A stretch of DNA of 64,000 nt from Candidatus Limnocylindria bacterium (GCA_035514295.1 DATKBB010000116.1:8496-72495); one strand, 5' to 3'. Shown: positions 45,003-55,041, counted from the first letter of the stretch. Notes: generated from the sequence alone by a model not told the origin. Program-made: numbers and translations.

Positions 45003-46376
45003 TCAGCCGCCGACGTGCACGTCGTCGATGGCTCCCCACCTGCGCGCGTCGTGAAGTGCCAGTGACGGGTCGCGCGCAACGTCTGCCACGGCCTCGCCCA
45101 AGAGGCGCACGGCGGTGTCGACTTCGTCCTGCGTGACGACCAGCGGTGGCGACAGGCGCACCACGTCCTCACCGGCCTCCAGCACCAGCAGGCCATGCTG
45201 GAACGCCTGCCACTGGACGGCCTCGGCGATCTCGCCCGAGACGAACTGCACGCCGATCATCAGGCCCTTGCCACGCACGTCGCGCACCAGCTCCGGCTGG
45301 TCGGCCAACAGGCCGCGCAGGCCGCTCATGGCCTGCTCACCGCGAGCCGTCGCGTTGTCCAGCAGTCCCTCCTCGAGCAACTTGATGGTCTCGAGCGCGG
45401 CTGCGATGCTGACCGGGTTGCCCCCGAACGTCGAGCCGTGGTGGCCGGCCTCCCAGCTCATCAGCGGCGAGCGGGCAACTAGTGCCCCCAGCGGCATGCC
45501 CGAGGCGAGGCCCTTGGCCGTCAGCAGCATGTCCGGCTGGACGCCCCAATGTTCGATGGCCCACATCCGGCCGGTGCGTCCCGCACCCGACTGGATCTCG
45601 TCGGCCACCAGCAGGATGCCATGCTCGTCGCAGATCCGGCGCAGTCGGGGCAGGAAGTCTGCGTCAGGTACGAGGTAGCCGCCCTCGCCCTGGATCGGCT
45701 CGACGAAGATCGCGGCCACCTCGTCGGCGGGGACCAGGCGCTTGAAGACGCGCTGCTCCAGCTCGTCGAGTCCCGCGCTGCCGAAGGGCACGTGGAAGAC
45801 ACCGGGCAGGAACGGCCCGAAGCCGGCGTGGTACTTCGACTTCGAGGCGGTCAGCGAGACGGAGCCGTAGCTGCGTCCGTGGAATGCGCCCAGGAAGGAG
45901 ACCAGGTATTGCCGCCGCGTGGCGAAGCGGGCCAGCTTGATGGCCGCCTCGACCGCTTCGGTGCCCGAGTTGGTCAGGAAGCTGCGCGTGGGCCCGTCCA
46001 TCGGCGCGATCCGATCGAGCTCGGCGGCCAGCTCGGCGTAGGCCGGCAGGTAGAAGTCGGAGGCTGAGAAGTGGAGCAGCTCGCGCGCCTGCTTCTCGAT
46101 TGCCGCGGTGACGCGCGGATGGGCATAGCCGGTGGCCGAGACCGCGATGCCTGCCGTGAAGTCGAGGAACAGGTTGCCGTCCACGTCCTCCACGGTGCAG
46201 CCTTGGCCGCGTAGCGGGGCGAAGGGGTACGCGCGGGGCAGGCTGGGCGAGGTGAAGCGGTGGTCGAAGTCCACCAGTTCGCGCGTCCGCGGGCCGGGCA
46301 AGGGCGTGCGGATGTGGGGGACTGTGCGGGCCTGGGCCGGTCGCTCGGCGAGCTCGGTCACGTGCTCTTCCTGCAT
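45003..46376 (-). CDS. class-III PLP-dependent aminotransferase (4-aminobutyrate/ornithine aminotransferase family)
   Basis: 457 aa. LTNSGTEAVEAAIKLAR, VADEIQSGAGRTG and LTAKGLASG (the PLP lysine). Confidence 0.85.
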   Translation of the reverse strand: MQEEHVTELAERPAQARTVPHIRTPLPGPRTRELVDFDHRFTSPSLPRAYPFAPLRGQGCTVEDVDGNLFLDFTAGIAVSATGYAHPRVTAAIEKQARELLHFSASDFYLPAYAELAAELDRIAPMDGPTRSFLTNSGTEAVEAAIKLARFATRRQYLVSFLGAFHGRSYGSVSLTASKSKYHAGFGPFLPGVFHVPFGSAGLDELEQRVFKRLVPADEVAAIFVEPIQGEGGYLVPDADFLPRLRRICDEHGILLVADEIQSGAGRTGRMWAIEHWGVQPDMLLTAKGLASGMPLGALVARSPLMSWEAGHHGSTFGGNPVSIAAALETIKLLEEGLLDNATARGEQAMSGLRGLLADQPELVRDVRGKGLMIGVQFVSGEIAEAVQWQAFQHGLLVLEAGEDVVRLSPPLVVTQDEVDTAVRLLGEAVADVARDPSLALHDARRWGAIDDVHVGG

Positions 46377-46879
46377 AGAAATGATGCACTCTGCATCAAC
46401 TTCGCGGCAGTGTAGCAGGGGCCCTACTTGACGCGGAACCAGTGGAGCCGTACGGCTCGAGGTCCAGTTGGTGCCGCTGCTCCGCGACGGGCTCCCGCTC
46501 CGAATGATCGATCAGGTCGATCAGCCGCCGGCCCTGGTAGTCGGACATTTCGAGCGCCGCCTTGGCCGAGCGCGGGCCGTATGCTCCCCATTCTTATCCC
46601 TTGGGCGTGCCCAGCGAGAGCGGTGGTGTGAAAGCCGGCCGATCGGGGCATCGGACCGCCTCAGGCTGCTACTGATCCGAAGTCGTGCGTGGCCCCCGCC
46701 GTCGGGAGCCCGCCGGCCGCGCCATCCCGCGCGCCCTGACACGAGGGTGCCCCGTAACGCGTCGGGTTGCGCGGCTGATAGGAATGCCAGGCATAGCCCG
46801 CTGGCTATGGACCGCGCGCGCCGGTCAGGCGCGCCGACCGGCCCGCCCGCTGCACTGGGCGCGGGCGAGTGGGCGGGTG

Positions 46880-48463
46880 TCAGTCGACGATGGTCTGACT
46901 CTGCTCGCGCATGAACTGCTGGACGTAGTACAGGCCGCCGCCAGCCTTGCCCGTGGAGCCGGAGGCCTTCCAGCCGCCGAAGGGCTGGATGCCCGGCCAA
47001 GCACCGGTCGTCGCTCCGGCACGCCGGTTGACGTAAACCACCCCGGCGTGGATGGTCGAGAGGAACCTGTCGACCTCGGCCTTGTCCTCGCTGAAGAAGC
47101 CGCCCGTCAATGCGTAGTCAGAGGCGTTGGCCAGCTCGAGCGCCTCGTCGAGCGAATCGACCGGCGCCACGGCGACGAAGGGCACGAACAGCTCGTCGCG
47201 GAACAGCCGGTGGTCCGACGGCAGGCCGGTGACGATGGTCGGTTGCACGAACCAGCCCTTGTCCAGCCCATCGTCAGTCAGCCGCTCGCCGCCGACCTCG
47301 ACCCGACCCTCGCGCTGCGCCTCCGAGACGGCTGTCTGATAGCGGGCCACGGCGCGCTGGTTGATCACGGGGCCCAGCCAGTTGGCGCGGTCGAGCGGGT
47401 CGCCGATGGTGATCTCGCGCGTCTTCTCTGCCAGCAGGCGCACGAACTCGTCGTGCACCGGCCGCTCGACGTAGACCCGGCTGCAGGCCGAGCACTTCTG
47501 GCCGCCGAAGCCGAAGGCCGCCCGCATGACTCCCTCGGCCGCCTCCTCCAGGTCCGCTTTGCGGCTGACGATGGCCGGGTTCTTGCCGCCCATCTCGACG
47601 ATGACCGGCTTGGGGTAGCGCTTGGCGAAGCCCTTGTACACCTCGAAGCCGACCTCGAACGAGCCGGTGAAGACGATCCCGTCGATGTCCTCGTTCTCCT
47701 GCAGCTCCGCGCCGACCGTCTCGCCCGGCCCCGCCACGTAGTTGAAAGCGCCCTCCGGCAGCCCCGCGTCGCGCAGCACCTCGTGCAGCTTCAGACCCAG
47801 CAGCGGCGCATCGGACGACGGTTTGAAGACCACGGTATTGCCGGCTACCAGCGCGCCGCCGGCGGGACCGCCGCACAGCGCGAAGGGGAAGTTGAACGGA
47901 CTGATCACCGCGAAGACGCCGTGCGGCTTGAGCACGGAGCGCGTGTGCACGGACGAGTCGCCAAGATTGCCCATGGGCACGTCGAAGCCGTCGTGCTGCT
48001 CCAGCATGTCGCAGTAGTAACGGATCAGGTCGGCCGTCTCCTCGACGTCGCCCAGCGCCTCGAGCCTGTTCTTGCCCACCTCCAGGCACATCAGCGCGGC
48101 GTACTCCATCTGCCGCTCGCTGATCAGGTCGGCGGCGCGCCGCAACAGGGCAACCCGCTCCTGCCAGGGTGTGGCGGCCCAGGCGGGCGCGGCCCTTCTC
48201 GCGGCCGCGATGGCGTCCTTCACGTCCTGCCGCGTGCCCTTGGCGAACCAGCCCAGGACGAGCTCGTCGTCAATGGGGGAGCGGTCCTCGAACTCGCCTT
48301 CACCCGAGCGCGGCCGGCCGTCGACGTGGTTCTGATGGTGCTGCCCCAGTTGGGCACGGGCCTTCTGCGCGCCACGCTCGAACTGCTCGTGCAGCTCCTC
48401 GTTGTCCGCACTGAGGGTGGCGTAGGTGATCTTGAGTTGCGGCCGTTCGATGGTATCGGTCAT
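46880..48463 (-). CDS. aldehyde dehydrogenase, 1-pyrroline-5-carboxylate / glutamate-semialdehyde dehydrogenase-like
   Basis: 527 aa. SPFNFPFAL, EMGGKNP and GQKCSACSR. The N-terminus resembles P5CDH-type ALDHs. Confidence 0.75.
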   Translation of the reverse strand: MTDTIERPQLKITYATLSADNEELHEQFERGAQKARAQLGQHHQNHVDGRPRSGEGEFEDRSPIDDELVLGWFAKGTRQDVKDAIAAARRAAPAWAATPWQERVALLRRAADLISERQMEYAALMCLEVGKNRLEALGDVEETADLIRYYCDMLEQHDGFDVPMGNLGDSSVHTRSVLKPHGVFAVISPFNFPFALCGGPAGGALVAGNTVVFKPSSDAPLLGLKLHEVLRDAGLPEGAFNYVAGPGETVGAELQENEDIDGIVFTGSFEVGFEVYKGFAKRYPKPVIVEMGGKNPAIVSRKADLEEAAEGVMRAAFGFGGQKCSACSRVYVERPVHDEFVRLLAEKTREITIGDPLDRANWLGPVINQRAVARYQTAVSEAQREGRVEVGGERLTDDGLDKGWFVQPTIVTGLPSDHRLFRDELFVPFVAVAPVDSLDEALELANASDYALTGGFFSEDKAEVDRFLSTIHAGVVYVNRRAGATTGAWPGIQPFGGWKASGSTGKAGGGLYYVQQFMREQSQTIVD

Positions 48464-48503
48464 GGGTGTCGTCGTCTCCTTCTCCGCACCGCCCTCATCC
48501 TGA

Positions 48504-49448
48504 TCAGAAGTCTACCGCGACACCCGTGGCGGCCCACGTCGACCGGCCGACCTGCTGGTGCCCGACCATCTTCGCCACCGGGGGCTGGCGGTTAGAGGCT
48601 GAGCTCAATGAGTCCTCGCTCGATGCGCAGGCGCTGTTCCTCGTCAAAGAGCCGGTGGTACTTCTCCAGACCGTAGAAGAAGACTTCTTGCGTCGCCTCC
48701 GACTCCACGTCTCGTGAGGCAGCACGAATTCGACGCTGCCGTTGACCTGCGCCTTGCCGTCGGGACCGTAGGGAACGCCGATCTCCCGGCAGAGCCCGGC
48801 AACCACCACCGCCGGTTGATCGGCCAGCTCCTCGTAGCGAACCAGGTGGTGGTTGGGCGAAGCGAGCCAGCGGCGCGCCCCGCCCACCGCCGCGTTCCAC
48901 CGTTCCAGGCAGTAGTCGATGGAGCGGAAGCGTCGCCAGTACCGTTCGGGCCGGCTCAGGGACAGCTCGTACAGTGAGGCGATCGTCGCCCCACCATCAC
49001 GGACCACGTGCACGAACTGGGCCTCGGGAGTGCTTTGCTGTATCTCGTGGATGTAGAAGAGATGCTCCGGCGTCTTCTCGACCCAGCCTCGGTTGCCCTC
49101 CCGGCGCGCCAGGCTGTCCAGCGTCTCCACGAACGCGCCGACGTTGGCGGCACTCGTCAGGCGCCAGCTCGGGCCGGGGACCGGAACACGACAACGTTCC
49201 GCCAGCCGACGCAGCGCGCGCCTGCCCTGGACCACTTCTTTCAGCCGGCCCCGCTTGCGGAAGTCGACAACGAAGAAGCGGGTTTCGGGCACCGTCGTAA
49301 GCGGCGCATGACGCTTCAGCAGGGACTGGAGCAGCGTAGTCCCGCTGCGGGGGCAACCGACGATGAAGGCGCGGACCAGACGCGAGTCATCCTTGGCCTG
49401 GCCGCCGGCGCTGGGCACCCGACGTGATCGCTCTGTCGCGGCCGTCAT
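48504..49448 (-). CDS. sulfotransferase (group B); the 3' end appears frameshifted, with the likely true stop at 48592
   Basis: 5'-PSB-like motif FIVGCPRSGTTLL. After ...VEFVLPHETW the high-GC3 coding signal moves to the frame of ORF 48592..48900 (ATQEVFFYGLEKYHRLFDEEQRLRIERG). Confidence 0.65.
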   Translation of the reverse strand: MTAATERSRRVPSAGGQAKDDSRLVRAFIVGCPRSGTTLLQSLLKRHAPLTTVPETRFFVVDFRKRGRLKEVVQGRRALRRLAERCRVPVPGPSWRLTSAANVGAFVETLDSLARREGNRGWVEKTPEHLFYIHEIQQSTPEAQFVHVVRDGGATIASLYELSLSRPERYWRRFRSIDYCLERWNAAVGGARRWLASPNHHLVRYEELADQPAVVVAGLCREIGVPYGPDGKAQVNGSVEFVLPHETWSRRRRKKSSSTVWRSTTGSLTRNSACASSEDSLSSASNRQPPVAKMVGHQQVGRSTWAATGVAVDF

Positions 49449-50260
49449 CGACCCGCGCGCTGCGCCGGCGGATCGTCCGTCCGGCGCGCGTCAACGGGCT
49501 TGCGCCTGCGGGCAAAGCGCGAGCGCACCATCCACCAGAAGAAGGGCGGGTCGTCGACAAAGACGCGGCGCCCGATACGCCGCGGGTCCTTGAGCAGGCG
49601 GAACGACCACTCCAGGCCTACGCTGGTCATCCACGCCGGCGCAGCCGGTACAAGTCCACCCAGGACATCGATCGCGTAGCCGACGCCGACCATGACCGTT
49701 TTCGGCAACTCCGCCTGGTGGCGTTCCATCCACTGTTCCTGCTTGGGCGAGCCCAGGCCCACGTAGAGGATGCGCGGTTCCGCCCGGCGCAATTGCTCGA
49801 CGGTTTCAGCATCCTCCGGGCCGCCGATGCGGAAACCCATCGGAGGGCCGATTGAGGCGATGACTTGAGCGCCAGCTGCATCCAGCACGCGTGCCGCCGT
49901 GGCCGGTGCGTCATCGCGCCCGCCCAGCAGAGCGGTCGGGAGCGGGTCGTCGGCGCTCGCCCGGGCCACCGCCTCGGGCAGCAGGCGGCCCGTAACCGGG
50001 CCGAGCAGCGGTGTGCCGGCGAGCCGCGAACCGTAGATGATTCCCATGCCGTCGGGCACACGGAGGCGCGCGCCGAGCGCCAACGCGCGGAATTCTTCGT
50101 GGCGACGGGCGCGGACAACATGGTCGACGTTCGGCGTGTTGATGTAGCCGCCCGAGCCGGCGCGCGCCCACTCGATGATCAAGGCCACCGCCTCATCGAA
50201 AGCGATGTTGTCGATCGGGAGGGTGTCGATCTGCACGACGCGCGGCGGCCGCTTGCTCAC
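49445..50260 (-). CDS. WecG/TagA/CpsF-family (GT26) glycosyltransferase
   Basis: 271 aa. GGYINTPNVDHVV...VPDGMGIIYGSRL...LYVGLGSPKQEQWM. Confidence 0.8.
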   Translation of the reverse strand: MSKRPPRVVQIDTLPIDNIAFDEAVALIIEWARAGSGGYINTPNVDHVVRARRHEEFRALALGARLRVPDGMGIIYGSRLAGTPLLGPVTGRLLPEAVARASADDPLPTALLGGRDDAPATAARVLDAAGAQVIASIGPPMGFRIGGPEDAETVEQLRRAEPRILYVGLGSPKQEQWMERHQAELPKTVMVGVGYAIDVLGGLVPAAPAWMTSVGLEWSFRLLKDPRRIGRRVFVDDPPFFWWMVRSRFARRRKPVDARRTDDPPAQRAGR

Positions 50261-51153
50261 GGGCGGCTCCAGGCCGTCAGATCGCGGCCGATCAGTCGCC
50301 CGAGTTCGGCGACCTCGGGGGCGAGCTCCGCCGTCAGCCGGCGGCGGAGGTCCGGATCAAGTGGAGCACGTGCCGCGCGGCGGCTGTTGAGCGCGACGAG
50401 CCGGTCGCGCACGCTGTGAGCGAGGGCAGACCGGCGCAGCCGCCCGTAGCAATTCCGGAGCGGTCCCGGGGGCGCAAATACGAGCCGCTGCAGCAAGCGT
50501 GAACGGGGCTGCTGGCTGGGGTTGTGTACCACGAAGTCGAGCTCGACGAGGGCGTCGACGTTCATGAACTCGAGCACTTGCCGATAGGCGCTACTCGGGT
50601 CCAGTGCGAAGTCGTCGAAGACGATGAAATGAACGCGCTCCCGTCCGAAAACGCCGAGGTAGCGCGCAACCTGCTCGGCGAAACGGACTGAGTGGCGGTA
50701 GTACAAAGCCTCGGGCCGGATCGCGTCCGGCGAGATCTGCTCTCCGCGCCGGCGCGCCGGCTCAGCTGCGAGGGCGTCGGCGAAGTCGGTGATGTCCTCA
50801 CGCCGGTTGAAGACCAGTTGGCCGTGCTGGGCATGCATGACATCTACCGGATTGCGCAGCATGACGATGATCTGTGCTTCCGGCGAAAAGTCCCTGATCT
50901 CCCGCGCGGCAGTGAGCGAGTACAGGTACCACGGCGATGCTTCGCCGGCGCGCTGGTCCGGGCGCGCGCCTGCAAATAGGGCGAGGTACTCGTCCTCGGT
51001 CATGCGCCGGTAGCGTGGCGTGAGGTCCTGGCCGAAGTACATCGGCTCCTTGGGCACCGACATGAACACCTGCGGGTGGGCGCGCAGGTACTCGTAGAGA
51101 GCCGTGGTGCCCGACTTGAAGGCCCCTACCACGAACAGGTCGGGTCGCTTCAC
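50257..51153 (-). CDS. sulfotransferase (group A paralog 1)
   Basis: 5'-PSB FVVGAFKSGTTAL and 3'-PB MLRNPVDVMHAQH. 4-nt overlaps on both sides. Confidence 0.8.
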   Translation of the reverse strand: MKRPDLFVVGAFKSGTTALYEYLRAHPQVFMSVPKEPMYFGQDLTPRYRRMTEDEYLALFAGARPDQRAGEASPWYLYSLTAAREIRDFSPEAQIIVMLRNPVDVMHAQHGQLVFNRREDITDFADALAAEPARRRGEQISPDAIRPEALYYRHSVRFAEQVARYLGVFGRERVHFIVFDDFALDPSSAYRQVLEFMNVDALVELDFVVHNPSQQPRSRLLQRLVFAPPGPLRNCYGRLRRSALAHSVRDRLVALNSRRAARAPLDPDLRRRLTAELAPEVAELGRLIGRDLTAWSRP

Positions 51154-52082
51154 GCACCGCTCCCGGCGGTCTCCAGTGGGGCGCGCTGCCGGGTCTCCAG
51201 CCAGCCCGACAGGTCACGCTCGATCAGCCGTCCGAGTCGCTCGATTTCTGGGGCCATCTCGTCGGTCAGGCGGCCGCGCAGCACCGGATCCATCGCCCGG
51301 CGTTGTCGGATCTCGCTGTTGAGCTCGAGCAGCCGCGTACGAACTGCCCGCACGAAAGGGAAGCGGCGCAGCAATGGGGCGAGCGGCAGCAGCAGCTTGG
51401 GCGCGAAAATCAGCCGCTGGATGAGCGGCGAGCGGACGCGGCGGTTCTCGTTCGCCTTGGGCGGCGCGGCGGCGAGGGACGGATCTACGCCCAGGAACTC
51501 GAGACAGCGCTGTACGACGGCAGCGCCGTCGCGCAGCAGGTCGTCGTGCAGCATCACGTGGACCCGCTCGCGGCCGAAGACCTCGAAGTAGCGTTCGAGC
51601 TGCTCGGCGAAGCGGACGCTGTGGCGGTAAAAGAGGTTCTCGATGTTGATCGGGCCGGCCGGCAGGCGCCGGCCTGCGCGGCGCTCGGGCTCGGCTGCCA
51701 GCGCCTCCTCGAAGTCGGGGATGTCCTCGATCACATTGAAGATCAGCTGGTTGTGCTGGGCGTACATGACGTCGACCGGGTGACGGAGCACGACGAGGAT
51801 CTGGGCGTCGGGCGAGAACGCCTTGATCTCGCGCGCGGCTGACGTCGAGTAGAGGTACCAGGTGGAGGCCTCGCCCACCCGCTGGCCCGGCCGGGCGTCC
51901 CTGAAGAGGCGCCGGTAGTCGGCTTCACTCATGCGCCCGTAGCGGCGGGTCAGGTCATCGCCGAAGTAGAGCGGCTCCTTGTGGAAGGGCATGAAGATCT
52001 GTGGGTGCCGGCGGAGGCCCTCGTAGAGGGCGGTGCTGCCGCTCTTGAAGGCACCGACGAGGAAGAAGTCAGGTCGGGCCAT
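51150..52082 (-). CDS. sulfotransferase (group A paralog 2)
   Basis: ATG at 52082. FLVGAFKSGSTAL and VLRHPVDVMYAQH. Collinear similarity to 50257..51153. Confidence 0.8.
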   Translation of the reverse strand: MARPDFFLVGAFKSGSTALYEGLRRHPQIFMPFHKEPLYFGDDLTRRYGRMSEADYRRLFRDARPGQRVGEASTWYLYSTSAAREIKAFSPDAQILVVLRHPVDVMYAQHNQLIFNVIEDIPDFEEALAAEPERRAGRRLPAGPINIENLFYRHSVRFAEQLERYFEVFGRERVHVMLHDDLLRDGAAVVQRCLEFLGVDPSLAAAPPKANENRRVRSPLIQRLIFAPKLLLPLAPLLRRFPFVRAVRTRLLELNSEIRQRRAMDPVLRGRLTDEMAPEIERLGRLIERDLSGWLETRQRAPLETAGSGA

Positions 52083-52243
52083 GCACGGGGAGGATAGCGG
52101 AGGCCCGACGTCGGCGGCTATCGGTCGCCGCACGCCGCACGCCATGTCGCTCCGTCCGTGTGGCCTTGTCGCGATGACCGCACAGACGTGCCGGCGGGGC
52201 ATATTGCGATCAAGCTTCCTCCAGTCCCCCCGGACCGGCTGCG

Positions 52244-53071
52244 CTAGGCCAGTCGTCCAGCAGGTAAAGCGACATCGTTCGAACCCGCCAGCTTGAGCTC
52301 GATGACACGAGCGATTTCCTGAACCTGGTCCGGCGTGAGCTCTTCACGCCATCTGCCGAGCGAACGGCGGTTGACCGTCGGTTCGGGAATCGGTGTCTGG
52401 AGTTCCAAGATCTCTTCAACGGCCCTCAACGACTCGGCTGGTGCGCGGTGCAGCTCCTCGTATGAAATCTCCACCAGCCGCGAACCGAGCAATGGCCGCA
52501 GCTCGGCGAACCTCTGCTCATGGGCGACCCACCGCAGGGCGCCCCTGCCCGCAAGGCTGAGCGACTCGTACCAGTCCGTGTCGGCAGCGCCAATTCCTAG
52601 GAAACGGTTGGGCAGCGGGTACTGCCGCCACTCTTCGAGCCAACGGCGTACCCCCTGATGCTTGAGCATGCTTGCAACGGTGCCGTAAACGCTCCGCCGG
52701 ACGCCAACGAAGAGGGCGTCGGGAAACTCCTCCGCCAGCAGCTCTGCGAACCAGATGTTGGGGTGGCTCTTGTCGGCAAAGTGACGTGGGGCGACACGTG
52801 CTGCCTCGTAGCGGTAAAGGCGCACGAGCCGTTTGAACAGCCGTTCGCGGGAGCGTGGATCGACGGCCATCGCTACCGAAAGCCTGAAGAAACGAGGCCG
52901 TTCGATTGACGCGCCTATCTCGGGGTGGGCGCCCAACACATTGCCGACCCAGTTCGTACCGGAGCGGCCCGTACCAATGACGAAGATCGGACTCGCCGAG
53001 AGCGGCCTGCGCAGTCGATAGGCGACATAGCCGGCGGCCAGCTCGAGCAGGTCGGAGCTATGGCGGCGCAT
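52244..53071 (-). CDS. sulfotransferase (group B)
   Basis: ATG at 53071 within ORF 52244..53227. FVIGTGRSGTNWV is the 5'-PSB-like motif and VGVRRSVYGTVAS the 3'-PB-like motif. Confidence 0.7.
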   Translation of the reverse strand: MRRHSSDLLELAAGYVAYRLRRPLSASPIFVIGTGRSGTNWVGNVLGAHPEIGASIERPRFFRLSVAMAVDPRSRERLFKRLVRLYRYEAARVAPRHFADKSHPNIWFAELLAEEFPDALFVGVRRSVYGTVASMLKHQGVRRWLEEWRQYPLPNRFLGIGAADTDWYESLSLAGRGALRWVAHEQRFAELRPLLGSRLVEISYEELHRAPAESLRAVEEILELQTPIPEPTVNRRSLGRWREELTPDQVQEIARVIELKLAGSNDVALPAGRLA

Positions 53072-53238
53072 GCCGGCTACTATACGGGCCTGAAGTCCTG
53101 TGACAGATGAGAGGCGCAGGTCGTCGCCGAAGATTACAATTCGCGCGCCAGAATGGGCCGGCCCTCCACCAGCCTGTCGGGCAGCGGCATGTCGGATCGC
53201 CCGCGTCCGTGTGTGGCGCGCCAGCACCTCAGTTTTGG

Positions 53239-54144
53239 GTGACCGAGATTGGTTCCTTGACGGACTCAGGCGCGCGCCCGGCCAGCAACTCAGCGCAGGT
53301 TCTGGACGTCACCGTAGTCGTGCCGGTCCACAACAGCGCAGGCACGCTCGGCCGGGCACTAGCGTCGATTCGTGCGCAAACACGCCAGCCGGCGGCGGTC
53401 ATCGTCGTGGACGATGCGTCCAGCGACAACTCGGCGGAGCTCGCACGGGACCTCGGACTGGCCAACCTGCGAGTGATCCGACACGCGGTCAACCGCGGAC
53501 CGGGTGCGGCACGCAACACCGGCACGACCGAAGCAACGACCGAGTGGGTGGCCTTCCTTGACAGCGATGACGAGTGGGAGCCGACGTTCTTGGAGGAGGT
53601 CTCGGATGTGCTCGAGAGCACCTGCACTGACTTTGCCGCCAGTGGCGGGGTTCGACACTTCGCCGGCGGGCGCAGTGAGCGTCTGATCGGCGACGAGCCG
53701 GCTCTGGGCAGTGACCGGACCGATGAGCTCTGGAGACTATGGTTGCGCTTCAATCGCTCACCGATCAACTCATCATCTGCCATTCTTCGACGTTCGCTCT
53801 TGCAGCGCGTAGGTGGCTATCCCGAAGACCTTCGCCGCGGCGAGGACCTCGTAACGTACGCGCGACTGTGGCTGGAGGGGCGCTTCGCCTTCCTCAACCG
53901 ACCCCTGTGGCACGTCCATCAAACTCAAGGCAGCCTGACCACCCTTGGGCCGTCGTTCTACGAGGCGCGCCAGCAGCTCGCCCGCCTCGGGAGATCCCTT
54001 TTGACTGCTGCCATACGGCGACGACCGGGAGCCACGTCATTCCTGCTCGTCTACCTCCAGCTCGTCGCCCGCAGGCTTGTGTGGGTGCCCGGCTGGATTC
54101 GCTCGCGTGGCGAGCCCGTTGGCCGGCGGCGCGTCCGCGGCTAA
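53239..54144 (+). CDS. family-2 glycosyltransferase (GT2)
   Basis: VVVPVHNSAGTL...VVDDASSDNS...NRGPGAARNTG...FLDSDDEW. Start uncertain: GTG at 53239, while the ORF opens at 53107. Confidence 0.8.
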   Translation: MTEIGSLTDSGARPASNSAQVLDVTVVVPVHNSAGTLGRALASIRAQTRQPAAVIVVDDASSDNSAELARDLGLANLRVIRHAVNRGPGAARNTGTTEATTEWVAFLDSDDEWEPTFLEEVSDVLESTCTDFAASGGVRHFAGGRSERLIGDEPALGSDRTDELWRLWLRFNRSPINSSSAILRRSLLQRVGGYPEDLRRGEDLVTYARLWLEGRFAFLNRPLWHVHQTQGSLTTLGPSFYEARQQLARLGRSLLTAAIRRRPGATSFLLVYLQLVARRLVWVPGWIRSRGEPVGRRRVRG

Positions 54145-54155
54145 CATCCGGCTCG

Positions 54156-54983
54156 ATGTCGCATCTCCTGCCCGCGAGCCGTGACGATTACAGGCCGGTT
54201 CTTAGCCCGTCACGCATATTCTGGTTCCGGCACCGTTCCAATTTCGGGGACCGCATGGCCGTACCGCTGGTGCGGCACTTCGCCGGCCTTGATGCGCGCT
54301 GGGCGCCGCCGGAGAAGTCGGATGCGGCGATCATCGGCTCGATCGCCGGCCAGCTGCCCCGCGGCTATGGTGGCGTCATCGTGGGTATCGGCAAGATCCG
54401 GCCGGACGTCGACATCGACCTCTCCGCGGCGACCGTGCTTGGCCTGCGCGGCGAGCTGACGCTGCGCGGTGCTGGCGTGCGGGGCGACATCGCGCTTGGC
54501 GACACTGGGCTGCTGGCCATCGACCTGTTGGGAGAACGGCCGGCAGTGGCGCACGCGCTCGGTGTGGTGCCTCACTACCTGGATCAGAGCCTTGCCGGTC
54601 GTTATCCCAGCGCGTTTCGCATCGACGTCGGTGGAGACCCGCTCGTGGTCATTCGCCAGATCGCCTCATGTCAGCGGATCGTCTCGAGCTCGCTGCACGG
54701 TCTCGTCACCGCTGACTCACTCGGCATCGCTCGGATGTGGGAGCCCTACGCCGAGCTGAAGGGCGGACGCTTCAAGTTCGACGACTATGCGAGCGCGCTC
54801 GGCATCAAGTTGGAGCCGGGCGGCTGGGATACGGCCCCCCAATCGGCCGTCGCCAGAGCTCGCTCAGCGCTGCGTGACGCGATGAAGGAGCTGTCTGCTG
54901 CCCTGTCGGCTCCCCCCAAGCCGGCCGGCCGCGGCCGCATCTCGCACTTGCTGCGTCGTCGGCCGCGGGCAGGAGCGCGATAG
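54156..54983 (+). CDS. polysaccharide pyruvyl transferase family protein
   Basis: ATG at 54156 within ORF 53739..54983. FRHRSNFGDRMAVPLV and RIVSSSLHGLVTADSLGI resemble PS_pyruv_trans motifs. Confidence 0.7.
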   Translation: MSHLLPASRDDYRPVLSPSRIFWFRHRSNFGDRMAVPLVRHFAGLDARWAPPEKSDAAIIGSIAGQLPRGYGGVIVGIGKIRPDVDIDLSAATVLGLRGELTLRGAGVRGDIALGDTGLLAIDLLGERPAVAHALGVVPHYLDQSLAGRYPSAFRIDVGGDPLVVIRQIASCQRIVSSSLHGLVTADSLGIARMWEPYAELKGGRFKFDDYASALGIKLEPGGWDTAPQSAVARARSALRDAMKELSAALSAPPKPAGRGRISHLLRRRPRAGAR

Positions 54984-55041
54984 TCGGCTGTCAGTGGGCC
55001 GCTCGTCGCTTCAGAAGTCCGAGGACGCCATCGGGGTAGCC

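Noticed and set aside
46424-46593. Short minus-strand ORF (about 50 aa from the ATG at 46548: MSDYQGRRLIDLIDHSEREPVAEQRHQLDLEPYG...)
   Set aside because: Good GC3 over only about 35 codons, no RBS seen and no recognisable family. It is not reported as a gene and is mentioned only within the spacer finding.
46685-48595. 636-aa ORF antisense to the P5CDH-like gene
   Set aside because: Same high-GC artefact. The sequence is Arg/Gly/Ala-rich and motif-free, and the minus-strand frame carries the ALDH catalytic motifs.
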